A DNA stretch of 64,000 bases from Candidatus Bathyarchaeum tardum (lineage in GTDB: Archaea; Thermoproteota; Bathyarchaeia; Bathyarchaeales; Bathyarchaeaceae). Where the stretch lies: contig CP122380.1 in NCBI GenBank assembly GCA_024650005.2, positions 224,001-288,000 on the forward strand. Direction: 5' to 3'. The notes below the pieces were generated by a model. The model was given only the letters and a program-made list of their open reading frames with translations, did not search any database and was not told the origin of the DNA. Below, piece after piece: positions 31,400 to 39,791 of this stretch (positions are counted from its first letter, which is position 1; the number at the start of each line of letters is the position of its first letter). The translations under genes were made by a program, and so were the position numbers.

Positions 31400-31723
31400 T
31401 TAGATGATTTGCTCCAAGATTTTTTCTGTAAGTGAGTTCATGATTTCTGGAGTAAGTGAGTCAACAATTTTGAACACTTGAGGGTCTGCTACCGAGTAGA
31501 GTCTACGGTTTCCATCTTTTCTATTTTTGACCATTCCGCAGTTTTTTAGAATTTTTAAGTGCCGAGAAACTACTGGCTGAATAATATCAAGGTGAGGAAC
31601 AATTTTGCATACGCATTTTTCGCCGTCACGGAGGAATTCGAGTATTTCTAGTCGAACTGGGTCTGATAATGCTTTGAAAATTTTGGCTTTGAACTTGTTT
31701 TGGTCTTTGATTTGTAGGAGCAT
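31400..31723 (-). CDS. ArsR/SmtB regulator (second copy)
   Basis: FKALSDPVRLEIL, EKCVC and QPVVSRHL motifs. Confidence 0.9.
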   Translation of the reverse strand: MLLQIKDQNKFKAKIFKALSDPVRLEILEFLRDGEKCVCKIVPHLDIIQPVVSRHLKILKNCGMVKNRKDGNRRLYSVADPQVFKIVDSLTPEIMNSLTEKILEQII

Positions 31724-31807
31724 ATGTTAAAAATGAGAAAAGTGAATATTTAAATATTGTTATATGCTTTGCAGATTTTACGAATACATGTTCATAGGTG
31801 GCAAATA

Positions 31808-32092
31808 GTGGCTAAAAAAATGTACAAAGGAATTCCCCGAAACAAAATCCCTTGGTATCCTATAATTGACAAAGAAAAATGCACTAACTGCGGCAAATGT
31901 GTAGAATACTGTAGCCTTGGAACTTTTGGTTTTGAAGAAAAAGACGGAGAAAAACAAGTAGTGATAAAAAATCCATATAATTGTGTGGTTCTTTGTACTG
32001 GCTGTGATTCTATTTGTCCGACTGGGGCTATGTCTCATCCGTCTGTGGAAGAAACTGAAAAGATAATTGAAGACTTACAAAAAAATGTCTAA
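31808..32092 (+). CDS. 2x[4Fe-4S] ferredoxin family protein
   Basis: IPWYPIID..CTNCGKCVEYC and CVVLCTGCDSICP motifs. Confidence 0.88.
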   Translation: MAKKMYKGIPRNKIPWYPIIDKEKCTNCGKCVEYCSLGTFGFEEKDGEKQVVIKNPYNCVVLCTGCDSICPTGAMSHPSVEETEKIIEDLQKNV

Positions 32093-32101
32093 GTCTATCT
32101 T

Positions 32102-32686
32102 TTATGGGCTGATTCCGTACCACGAGAAAACTTTTGCAAATATTGGTATTATTGCTCCGCAGGCTGTACGGGTGAGTACTGTTAGCAAGAATCCGTCAAC
32201 TCCTGTGACAACGTTGATAGGTGAAAGGTGAAAGATTCCAAAAAGCATGATTCCTCCGATTGTTGTCGAAACTATTCCGGAGATTAGCATTCTGCGGAAG
32301 TTGTCTGATTTTTTGTTCATGCTTCCTGCCATGTAACCAATTAATATTGGACTAAGGACGTATCCCAACAAGACGGTATTTGCTCCAAAGCCTGCACCTG
32401 GAAATCTGTAACTGTCTGCCCAGTACAGCGCATAGAGGCTTCCCATGATAAACCCTGAAGCGCCTCCTGCCCATTGGTTCCAGACTAATCCAAGGAGTAA
32501 CGGGATTACTGTAATGAGCAACAGTTCTTCCAGTTGCATGGTGATTCCAGTTATTACTCCGAATCCTCCGTCACCAATTAGGTTGTCCAATTGGGATACT
32601 AGTACGATTAACAAAATAACAACGACTGGTGCAACTATGCCGTAAAGAATGTCGTTTTTGGTCCATTGCTTCCATCCAAGGCTCAA
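32102..32686 (-). CDS. Integral membrane protein, ECF S-component-like
   Basis: 194 aa, about 6 hydrophobic segments, LGLVWNQWAGGASGFI motif; downstream of cobT. Confidence 0.6.
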   Translation of the reverse strand: MSLGWKQWTKNDILYGIVAPVVVILLIVLVSQLDNLIGDGGFGVITGITMQLEELLLITVIPLLLGLVWNQWAGGASGFIMGSLYALYWADSYRFPGAGFGANTVLLGYVLSPILIGYMAGSMNKKSDNFRRMLISGIVSTTIGGIMLFGIFHLSPINVVTGVDGFLLTVLTRTACGAIIPIFAKVFSWYGISP

Positions 32687-32739
32687 AGTTTTTCACCTGA
32701 ATGGCACAACAGTCTGTTTATATTAGAATTTAAATTTTG

Positions 32740-33828
32740 TTATATACCAACTAGGGTCTTGTAGTTTTTTTCAATTTCCTTGAGCAAAACATCTTTAGTT
32801 ATAGTTCCATTGGACTGCAACATTGCTGCAATTGAGCTTCCTCCGCATCCAACGCCTTCTTTTACTACACCTTTTTCGTAAGCCTGCAGTCCCTCAAACT
32901 TTGATTTGCCAAAATCCAAGTCTGCAGCTAAAACTGGAACATCTGCAATCTTAGAAACTAGGCCATTAAGGTCTGAAGTTTTGTCGTTTACTATCCATTT
33001 TGTTGTCCCAATGGCAACATTACCTAAAATTTCAGGGTTTGCAGCATTAACGATTGCTAGCACTGCTGCCATCTGGGTTCCCCCTGCCATGATAACGGGC
33101 ACTTTTTTTGCTGCTCCAATAATTAGTCCTGCGGCGGCTGGTTGCATGGGGTCACCTACTGCGGAAACTGCACCCATAGGGTCGTTACTGTATTTTCCCT
33201 CGGTTATGTTTGCTGCTTGCAGGGCTGTTTGGGCAGTTTTAATTTTTAGCTCGTGAGGATTCAAGGGCATACTACTGCTGACTTTGCCTTTTGCATCTAT
33301 CCCAAGGGCTAATAATGCGCTCAGGGCTGTAGTGGTTCCACCGGGAATGCTTTCCCCTACAACAAGGTAATCGACTGTTTTGGACAATGTTTCTCCAACA
33401 ATTTTTGCTCTTTCCATTACCTCTTTAGGGTTTTCTACAGCTTTGCCCGTTCGTATATCTTTTCCAGGACAGCCTCCAACATCTAAAAAGGGAACATGGG
33501 GCTTTATTTTTAATCCCGCATTAACCACAAGGGTAGGTATGTCTGCCAGTTTCAAAGCCGACATAGTAATCAACGCCGGAGTCGGAATACCATCTGGAGT
33601 CACAGGAACTCCAGTAATGCACTTACATCTGCCAAAATACAAAAGCTCCATGTCCGCGGGCGGGGTATAATCAGTAATTTCTGGGTTTGCCCCAGCAGCA
33701 GAGATTCCTTGAATCTTTGCTGTTTCAGTTACTCCAACAACACAACTAAAAAACGGGTTTTTGCCCTTTAGTTGCTCAATCATTTCTGCGCCTTTGGTTT
33801 TATTGTTTGCCAAAATAATATCATGCAT
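32740..33828 (-). CDS. cobT: Nicotinate-mononucleotide:benzimidazole phosphoribosyltransferase (archaeal CobT)
   Basis: ISAAG, PTPALIT, GESIPGGTTTA, GDPM, AGGTQM and VKEGVG motifs. Confidence 0.9.
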   Translation of the reverse strand: MHDIILANNKTKGAEMIEQLKGKNPFFSCVVGVTETAKIQGISAAGANPEITDYTPPADMELLYFGRCKCITGVPVTPDGIPTPALITMSALKLADIPTLVVNAGLKIKPHVPFLDVGGCPGKDIRTGKAVENPKEVMERAKIVGETLSKTVDYLVVGESIPGGTTTALSALLALGIDAKGKVSSSMPLNPHELKIKTAQTALQAANITEGKYSNDPMGAVSAVGDPMQPAAAGLIIGAAKKVPVIMAGGTQMAAVLAIVNAANPEILGNVAIGTTKWIVNDKTSDLNGLVSKIADVPVLAADLDFGKSKFEGLQAYEKGVVKEGVGCGGSSIAAMLQSNGTITKDVLLKEIEKNYKTLVGI

Positions 33829-33948
33829 GTTTCTTTTCCGCCAATTTTTTGTACTTTTGTGGTTTCTGGTTGGAGTAACCAACCGATACTTTAAATCTGT
33901 TACTGAAAATAATTCAAGATACAAACAATAATTTCAGGTGCCCAAAAG

Positions 33949-34449
33949 ATGGAAACAAAATTTGACAACTTGCCCTTACTCAAATACTTAGAAAACCACG
34001 GAGTAACCCTTAAAGACCTACTAGACACCGCCCTAGAAATGCACATTCCCCACCCGGGAATAGAAACCCGCGAACAAGCCAAAGAATTATTTAAGGCAGG
34101 ATTTTACGAAGCCTTAACCGACGTTAACGTAGCAGTTTTACAAGTTGCATGTTTCCGCGCAGAAGAAGACGGGCAAAACGGTTTGATTCCCCTTCTTCCT
34201 GCAGAACAATTCAAAGGTCGCCCCGGACTAATAGTTGACGAGTACCTGGGAATGACCATCGCAAACTACATTGCAGGTGCCCGAGCAATTTTTGAGTACA
34301 TACGTTACGACCAAGCTAAACCCGGAATATTAAGAAAACTTGGTCCTATAGCAAATGACGCCATCAGTGGACTGATTGCTGGAGTATCTAGTCGAGTTTA
34401 TTCTGGTGCTTTAGAAAAACAAAAACTGGTGGAATCAGAAAAAAAGTAA
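33949..34449 (+). CDS. cobZ: Alpha-ribazole phosphatase CobZ / PgpA-like protein
   Basis: DVNV, VDEYLGMTIANYIAG, FEYIRYDQAKPGI and LGP motifs; divergent from cobT. Confidence 0.8.
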   Translation: METKFDNLPLLKYLENHGVTLKDLLDTALEMHIPHPGIETREQAKELFKAGFYEALTDVNVAVLQVACFRAEEDGQNGLIPLLPAEQFKGRPGLIVDEYLGMTIANYIAGARAIFEYIRYDQAKPGILRKLGPIANDAISGLIAGVSSRVYSGALEKQKLVESEKK

Positions 34450-34487
34450 CCCCATTTTTGGGCTTAAAAAAATCGGGCAACGAAGGG

Positions 34488-35011
34488 TTAGTCTTCGATG
34501 TTGATTATGATGTTTGCGATTGCCGTTTGACCTGCTTGGTTTGTTAGTTCGTAGGCTGCGGTTATGTAGATTCTAAGTCCTTCTTTGTTGGTTACTTCTG
34601 CCTGCAATGTCTTGATGTTTATGGTTTCTCCGGCACACATGTATCCACTTGCCATCAGTTCTTCACGGGTTAATACTTCGTTGTTTACTGTCCACTCATC
34701 AGGTAAATGAACCCTGATTTGGTCTGTTGCGGTGTTACTGACCAGTTTGTTGATAATGCAACGATTGTGCCTTGAACTTGAACAGGTTCAGAGTTTTGCA
34801 AGAACCACGCAGCAAACCTTGCTTTGGGACGTATCCACCAGCGGTTAGTGTTGGTTTCTTCAATTTCCATTTCGGTTGGGTCGTCACCTAAGCTTATGGT
34901 ACTTGGTTGGCTCGCCTGAGCAAAAGGAGCAACAAGCACCAAACACGCAAAAACTGATGCTACAACTAACATCAGAGCCTTAGTTTTTGTTTTCATGTTC
35001 ATTTTCTCCAC
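34488..35011 (-). pseudogene. Frameshifted secreted protein
   Basis: Signal-peptide ORF switches frame near 34750; the other frame continues NKLVSNTATDQIRVHLPDEW...NIED to a stop at 34488. Confidence 0.65.
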
Positions 35012-35106
35012 ATATGTTTACAAACCCACTTCAACTCAAACAGAATAAAAGGCGACGCACCATCCATATACACCAAAAATGAACCTAAAACAAACATTTC
35101 CAATGC

Positions 35107-35128
35107 TAGTCAAGAAACTTTGACAAAA
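35107..35128 (+). promoter_or_regulatory. Palindromic operator GTCAA-N6-TTGAC, copy B
   Basis: TAGTCAAGAAACTTTGACAAAA, identical to copy A. Confidence 0.55.
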
Positions 35129-35201
35129 CCCTCTTTACCAAAAATCATTTCAGGTTTTTGTAGATAATCTAGGCAAATCAAACCCTCGTATAATGATTTT
35201 T

Positions 35202-35246
35202 CATTTGTTGTTGTTGACCCCCCCTACCCCCCAACAACAACAAATG
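35202..35246. repeat. Perfect 15-bp inverted repeat with C-rich/G-rich 15-nt loop
   Basis: CATTTGTTGTTGTTG-ACCCCCCCTACCCCC-CAACAACAACAAATG. Confidence 0.85.
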
Positions 35247-35364
35247 CTTCCACATAAAAATTGGAAAGCATATTTTGAACAACTTCATACCCGTGAGGAA
35301 AACAACCTTTTTTTCTGTACCTGCACACAACTAAGTCTAAAGGTTTACACGAACGTTCTGTTTG

Positions 35365-35716
35365 CTATTGTTTGTCATCTTTTAATTCTTCGTTTAGGAT
35401 TTTTTCTTCTATATGCCTGAGGAGTCCGATTCTGCGTTCCCATTTTCTGAAGAACTTGTGCTGGGCAAGCAAAGCCGAAACCGTGTAAACCAACGCCGCA
35501 ACTACGGCAAGCATGAATATACCTTCAAACCATGCTCGGTCCCGCAAAGCTCCAAGCAAACGAGTTAGCGAGAACAACAACAAAATCCCTGAAACAATAA
35601 CTCCAATAAGGGAGCCTGTTCGGAACCTGTCCCATTCACTGTTTAGTTTCATCTAAGAAATCGTGCATCGTTCGTACCGGATACTTGGGTTCTTGTTTGT
35701 CTTGGTCTTTACTCAT
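35365..35716 (-). pseudogene. Two-TM membrane protein with +1 frameshift
   Basis: SD-preceded ATG 35716 reads MSKDQDKQEPKYPVRTMHDFLDE, then one extra A near 35648 precedes LNSEWDRFR; total length is 3n+1. Confidence 0.65.
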
Positions 35717-35785
35717 TTTTTATGTTCTCCTTTTGTTTTTTCTGTACTAAATATTAATGCTGATGCACCAAAGGTGCACTTTGAA

Positions 35786-36043
35786 CTATAAAATTGAAGG
35801 CAGTGATTTACGTAACTCAACATAGATGTTTCTTCCTTTTTTGGTTAACAAACACTGGTTATCCTCTGTTTCCTGTACCAGAGTTTTCTCTTTTAAGTAC
35901 AGCAGGTGCTTCAAAAAATCGTCATACGACAGACTGGTTGCCTTACGCTAAACATATGTGCGGGGCTAGGGGTCACGGTTATAAAATAGGTACTCTAAAA
36001 TCTCAAACCTGATTTGAATAGCACCTTTCCGTACTCTAACCAT
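35786..36043 (-). pseudogene. Winged-helix regulator with two in-frame TAG codons
   Basis: MVRVRKGAIQIRFEILEYLFYNRDP*PRTYV*RKATSLSYDDFLKHLLYLKEKTLV...LTKKG; TAG at 35966-35968 and 35948-35950. Confidence 0.7.
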
Positions 36044-36427
36044 ACGCTGCACCGAATAATAGACGATAATACAATTACATGAACAAGAAACGTATATATT
36101 GGTTACATCCCAGCCTAGTTTGATTGTTACAGTGGAAAAACCCGTATGTGTTGAAAAACCATTGACTAACAAAAATTCTTGTTTCATAAGCTTTAGCGCC
36201 AAAAAGTTAATATGTTACGATTTTTGGATGGCAAAACTTATTAATGGGCAGGTTGGTTTACGTTGATAGCCTTCAAAAGTAAATTTGAAGCTTAATTAAG
36301 GAGACCAAGCTTTTAGGGTGGATGAGCTCCCGCCCGACGGAGGAAAACTCCCAATTTGATGAAAATAGAGATGAACCCCTCAAATTTCCCTTTTCTGTAC
36401 AACCTATTAGGGAGGACTTAGAAAAAT

Positions 36428-39400
36428 TTGGTAATTTCACAAGATGATATTCTTACTCTTCAGAAATCTTTCTTTAAACAGAAAGGATTAGTTAGACAAC
36501 ACCTAGACTCCTATAACAAATTCATCGACACTGGACTTCAAGAAGTCATCGATGAAACAGGAGAAATCAAAATTGAAATCCCAGAAATGCCCTACAAAAT
36601 CAAACTCGGTCAACTCTGGGTAATTGACCCTCAATCAAAAATCAGTAGACCCTACAAGACTGAAGTTGATGGAACAAAACACGAAATTTTCCCCATGGAA
36701 GCCCGATTCCGAAACTTAACCTACGCGGCACCCCTTGCCCTTGAGATGACCCCCGTCATAGACGGACGGGAACAAGAACCGGAACTTGTTTTGATCGGCG
36801 ACCTTCCTGTTATGCTTAAATCTAAACTTTGCATACTATCACAATTAACTGACGAAGAGCTGATAGAGTATGGAGAAGACCCCCACGACCCTGGAGGTTA
36901 CTTCCTCATTAACGGCTCAGAACGAGTAGTCGTCGCCATGGAAGACCTAGCCCCAAACCGTGTGCTCGTAGACATCGACAACCGCGGAACAAAACCGGTT
37001 TATCAAGCTAAAATCTTCTCCACAACTGTAGGTTTCCGCGCAAGAATCCAACTTAGACTGAAATCTGACAATTCATTATCTGTTTCCATACCCGGAGTTC
37101 CAACCGAAGCCCCCTTCGTAATTTTGATGCGTGCCCTTGGAATCGAATCAGACAAAGAAATCGCAGAAACAGTTTCTCCAAACCCAATAATCCAAAACGA
37201 ACTTGAAGCCTCCTTCGAGAAAGCCGCAGGTTTTGACACCGTAGAAGACGCCCTGATGTATATTGGAAACCGTGTTGCCCATGGTCAAGTCGAAGAATAC
37301 CGAAAACAAAAAGCCCGAAGCATAATCGACAGAAACTTCTTGCCTCACATCGGTCGAATCCAAGATAACCGTTTAGAAAAAGCTTTGTTCCTTGGCGAAA
37401 TGGCAAGCCGAGTTATCGAACTTAAATTAGGACTTAGACAACAAGATGACAAAGACCACTTCAAAAACAAACGCCTTAAACTTGCAGGTCCTCTGTTGGC
37501 TGACTTGTTCAGAATTGCTTTCAGAAACTTGTGCCGGGACATAAAATATCAATTAGAACGCATGGGTGTCAAACGACAACTTATCACAATTTCTGCTGCT
37601 GTTCGTCCAGGTATAGTAACTGACAGACATAGACACGCCATAGCCACTGGAAACTGGGGAAGAGGACGTGTCGGTATTACTCAACTTCTTGACCGAACAA
37701 ACACCGTTTCCACTTTGAGTCACCTTCGACGGTTACAGTCCCCTCTTAGTCGCAGCCAACCAAACTTCGAGGCTCGTGACCTTCACCCAACCCACTGGGG
37801 ACGGCTCTGTCCAAATGAAACTCCCGAAGGCTCAAATTGTGGTCTGGTAAAGAACCTCTCCTTAGCTGCTTCTACTTCTATTATGGTTGACCCGAACACT
37901 GTTCGACAAGTTTTGTATCAATTGGATGTAATTCCAGTTGATGAAACAGACATCGACATCCGAAGCTCAAGCGCTAAAGTCTTCGTTAACGGCTCAATCA
38001 TGGGTTATTGTGCTACCCCCAAAGAATTAGTTGACCAAATACGCAAAAAACGCAGAAATGGAGTACTTTCCACAGAAATTAATGTTGCTTACTTCTCCCA
38101 CGAAGCAAGAGACAGCGAAGAAGTATACATAAGCTGCGACCAAGGTCGTGTTCGACGTCCACTTATTCTTCTAGAAAACGCTGTGCCCAAATTAACTTCT
38201 GAGCATGTTGAAAAAGTCCGTTCTGGTGAATGGACTTGGTCAGACCTTATCAAAGAAGGAATCTTAGAATACATTGACGCTGAAGAAGAAGAAAACATCT
38301 ACGTCGCAATCGACCATAACCACATCACTCCTGAGCACACTCATGTAGAACTTTCCACTTACACAATTCTGGGAATTTGTGCCTCTATCATACCTTATCC
38401 TGAACACAATCAGTCACCACGAAACTCTTACGAAGCAGCAATGTCCAAACAAGCCTTGGGAATCAACTTAACAAACTTCCCCAACCGTGTTGACTCTCGA
38501 TGCCACATTTTGCACTACCCTCAAACTCCTTTGATTAAAACCAAACCAATGGAAATCATTGGATACGACCAAAGACCTTCTGGACAAAACTGTATAGTTG
38601 CAGTTCTATCCTTTGAAGGCTACAACATGGAAGATGCTATCATATTCAACAAAGCTTCCATTGAACGTGGTTTGTTGCGCTCAACTTTCTATCGTATCTA
38701 CGAAGCAGAATGCCGCCAATACCTCGGCGGACTCAGGGACCGATTTCTAGTTCCTGAACCCGGAATCCGCGGATACCGTGGAGAACAATATTACCGTTTT
38801 CTTGAACCTGACGGTATCGTTAGCCTTGAATCTGAAGTAACTGGAGGAGATGTACTCATCGGACGAACCAGCCCTCCAAGATTCCTTGAAGAATACAAAG
38901 AATTTGAAGTCAAAGGTCCAACAATGCGTGACACTTCAGTTGACGTGCGCTCTTCTGAAGGCGGTGTAGTTGATGACATATTCATCACAGAAACTGGAGA
39001 AGGCAGCAAAATCGTCAAAGTCCGAGTTCGAGACCAACGCATTCCCGAATTAGGAGACAAATTTGCATCCCGTCACGGACAGAAAGGTGTTGTCGGAATG
39101 ATAGTTCCACAAGAGGACATGCCCTTCTCACCAAAAGGAATCGTTCCAGACCTCATCGTTAACCCCCACGCCATGCCATCAAGGATGACCGTTGGTCAGT
39201 TCCTTGAATCAATCGCAGGAAAAGTTGCCTCTGGACGAGGAAAACCTGTTGACGGAACCCCATTCAGCAATGAAGGATCCGAACAACTCAAACAAGAGTT
39301 AGTTAAACTTGGTTTCAGTAACACTGGACGAGAAATACTCTACAGCGGCATTACTGGAGAAAAATACGTAGCTGACATCTTTATGGGCGTAGTTTACTAT

Positions 39401-39790
39401 CAGAAACTTCATCACATGGTTTCAGACAAAATGCACGCAAGGGCTCGCGGACAAGTCCAGATGCTTACCCGTCAGCCAACTGAAGGTCGTGCCCGTGGTG
39501 GTGGTCTGCGTTTCGGAGAAATGGAACGAGACTGCTTGATTGGTCACGGTGCTGCCATGGTTCTAAGGGACCGCCTGTTGGAAGAATCTGACAAATATCT
39601 GCTGTATGTGTGTGAAAACTGTGGATTCATTTCCTATTATGACATCAAACTGCGCAAATACACTTGCAGAATCTGTGAAGAAAAAGGTCAGGTATCCCCA
39701 GTAGTAGTGTCTTACGCTTTCAAGTTGTTGTTGCAGGAAATGATGAGCCTGTGTATTACTCCGAGATTAAAACTAAAGGAGCGAGCATAA
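36428..39790 (+). CDS. rpoB: DNA-directed RNA polymerase subunit B (unsplit)
   Basis: GGYFLING.E, ETPEG, GYNMED, GDKFASRHGQKG and GGLRFGEMERD motifs. Confidence 0.99.
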   Translation: MVISQDDILTLQKSFFKQKGLVRQHLDSYNKFIDTGLQEVIDETGEIKIEIPEMPYKIKLGQLWVIDPQSKISRPYKTEVDGTKHEIFPMEARFRNLTYAAPLALEMTPVIDGREQEPELVLIGDLPVMLKSKLCILSQLTDEELIEYGEDPHDPGGYFLINGSERVVVAMEDLAPNRVLVDIDNRGTKPVYQAKIFSTTVGFRARIQLRLKSDNSLSVSIPGVPTEAPFVILMRALGIESDKEIAETVSPNPIIQNELEASFEKAAGFDTVEDALMYIGNRVAHGQVEEYRKQKARSIIDRNFLPHIGRIQDNRLEKALFLGEMASRVIELKLGLRQQDDKDHFKNKRLKLAGPLLADLFRIAFRNLCRDIKYQLERMGVKRQLITISAAVRPGIVTDRHRHAIATGNWGRGRVGITQLLDRTNTVSTLSHLRRLQSPLSRSQPNFEARDLHPTHWGRLCPNETPEGSNCGLVKNLSLAASTSIMVDPNTVRQVLYQLDVIPVDETDIDIRSSSAKVFVNGSIMGYCATPKELVDQIRKKRRNGVLSTEINVAYFSHEARDSEEVYISCDQGRVRRPLILLENAVPKLTSEHVEKVRSGEWTWSDLIKEGILEYIDAEEEENIYVAIDHNHITPEHTHVELSTYTILGICASIIPYPEHNQSPRNSYEAAMSKQALGINLTNFPNRVDSRCHILHYPQTPLIKTKPMEIIGYDQRPSGQNCIVAVLSFEGYNMEDAIIFNKASIERGLLRSTFYRIYEAECRQYLGGLRDRFLVPEPGIRGYRGEQYYRFLEPDGIVSLESEVTGGDVLIGRTSPPRFLEEYKEFEVKGPTMRDTSVDVRSSEGGVVDDIFITETGEGSKIVKVRVRDQRIPELGDKFASRHGQKGVVGMIVPQEDMPFSPKGIVPDLIVNPHAMPSRMTVGQFLESIAGKVASGRGKPVDGTPFSNEGSEQLKQELVKLGFSNTGREILYSGITGEKYVADIFMGVVYYQKLHHMVSDKMHARARGQVQMLTRQPTEGRARGGGLRFGEMERDCLIGHGAAMVLRDRLLEESDKYLLYVCENCGFISYYDIKLRKYTCRICEEKGQVSPVVVSYAFKLLLQEMMSLCITPRLKLKERA

Positions 39791-39791
39791 C

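Noticed and set aside
35786-36043. Amber/pyrrolysine recoding to explain the two in-frame TAGs
   Set aside because: TAG terminates several intact genes in the window (e.g. 927, 3240, 7263), both TAGs are one transition away from CAG/TGG, and the neighbouring genes are also broken
36338-36352. GAGGAAAACTCC resembling RNase P RNA CR-I
   Set aside because: No enclosing P1 helix or CR-V, and too little space before rpoB
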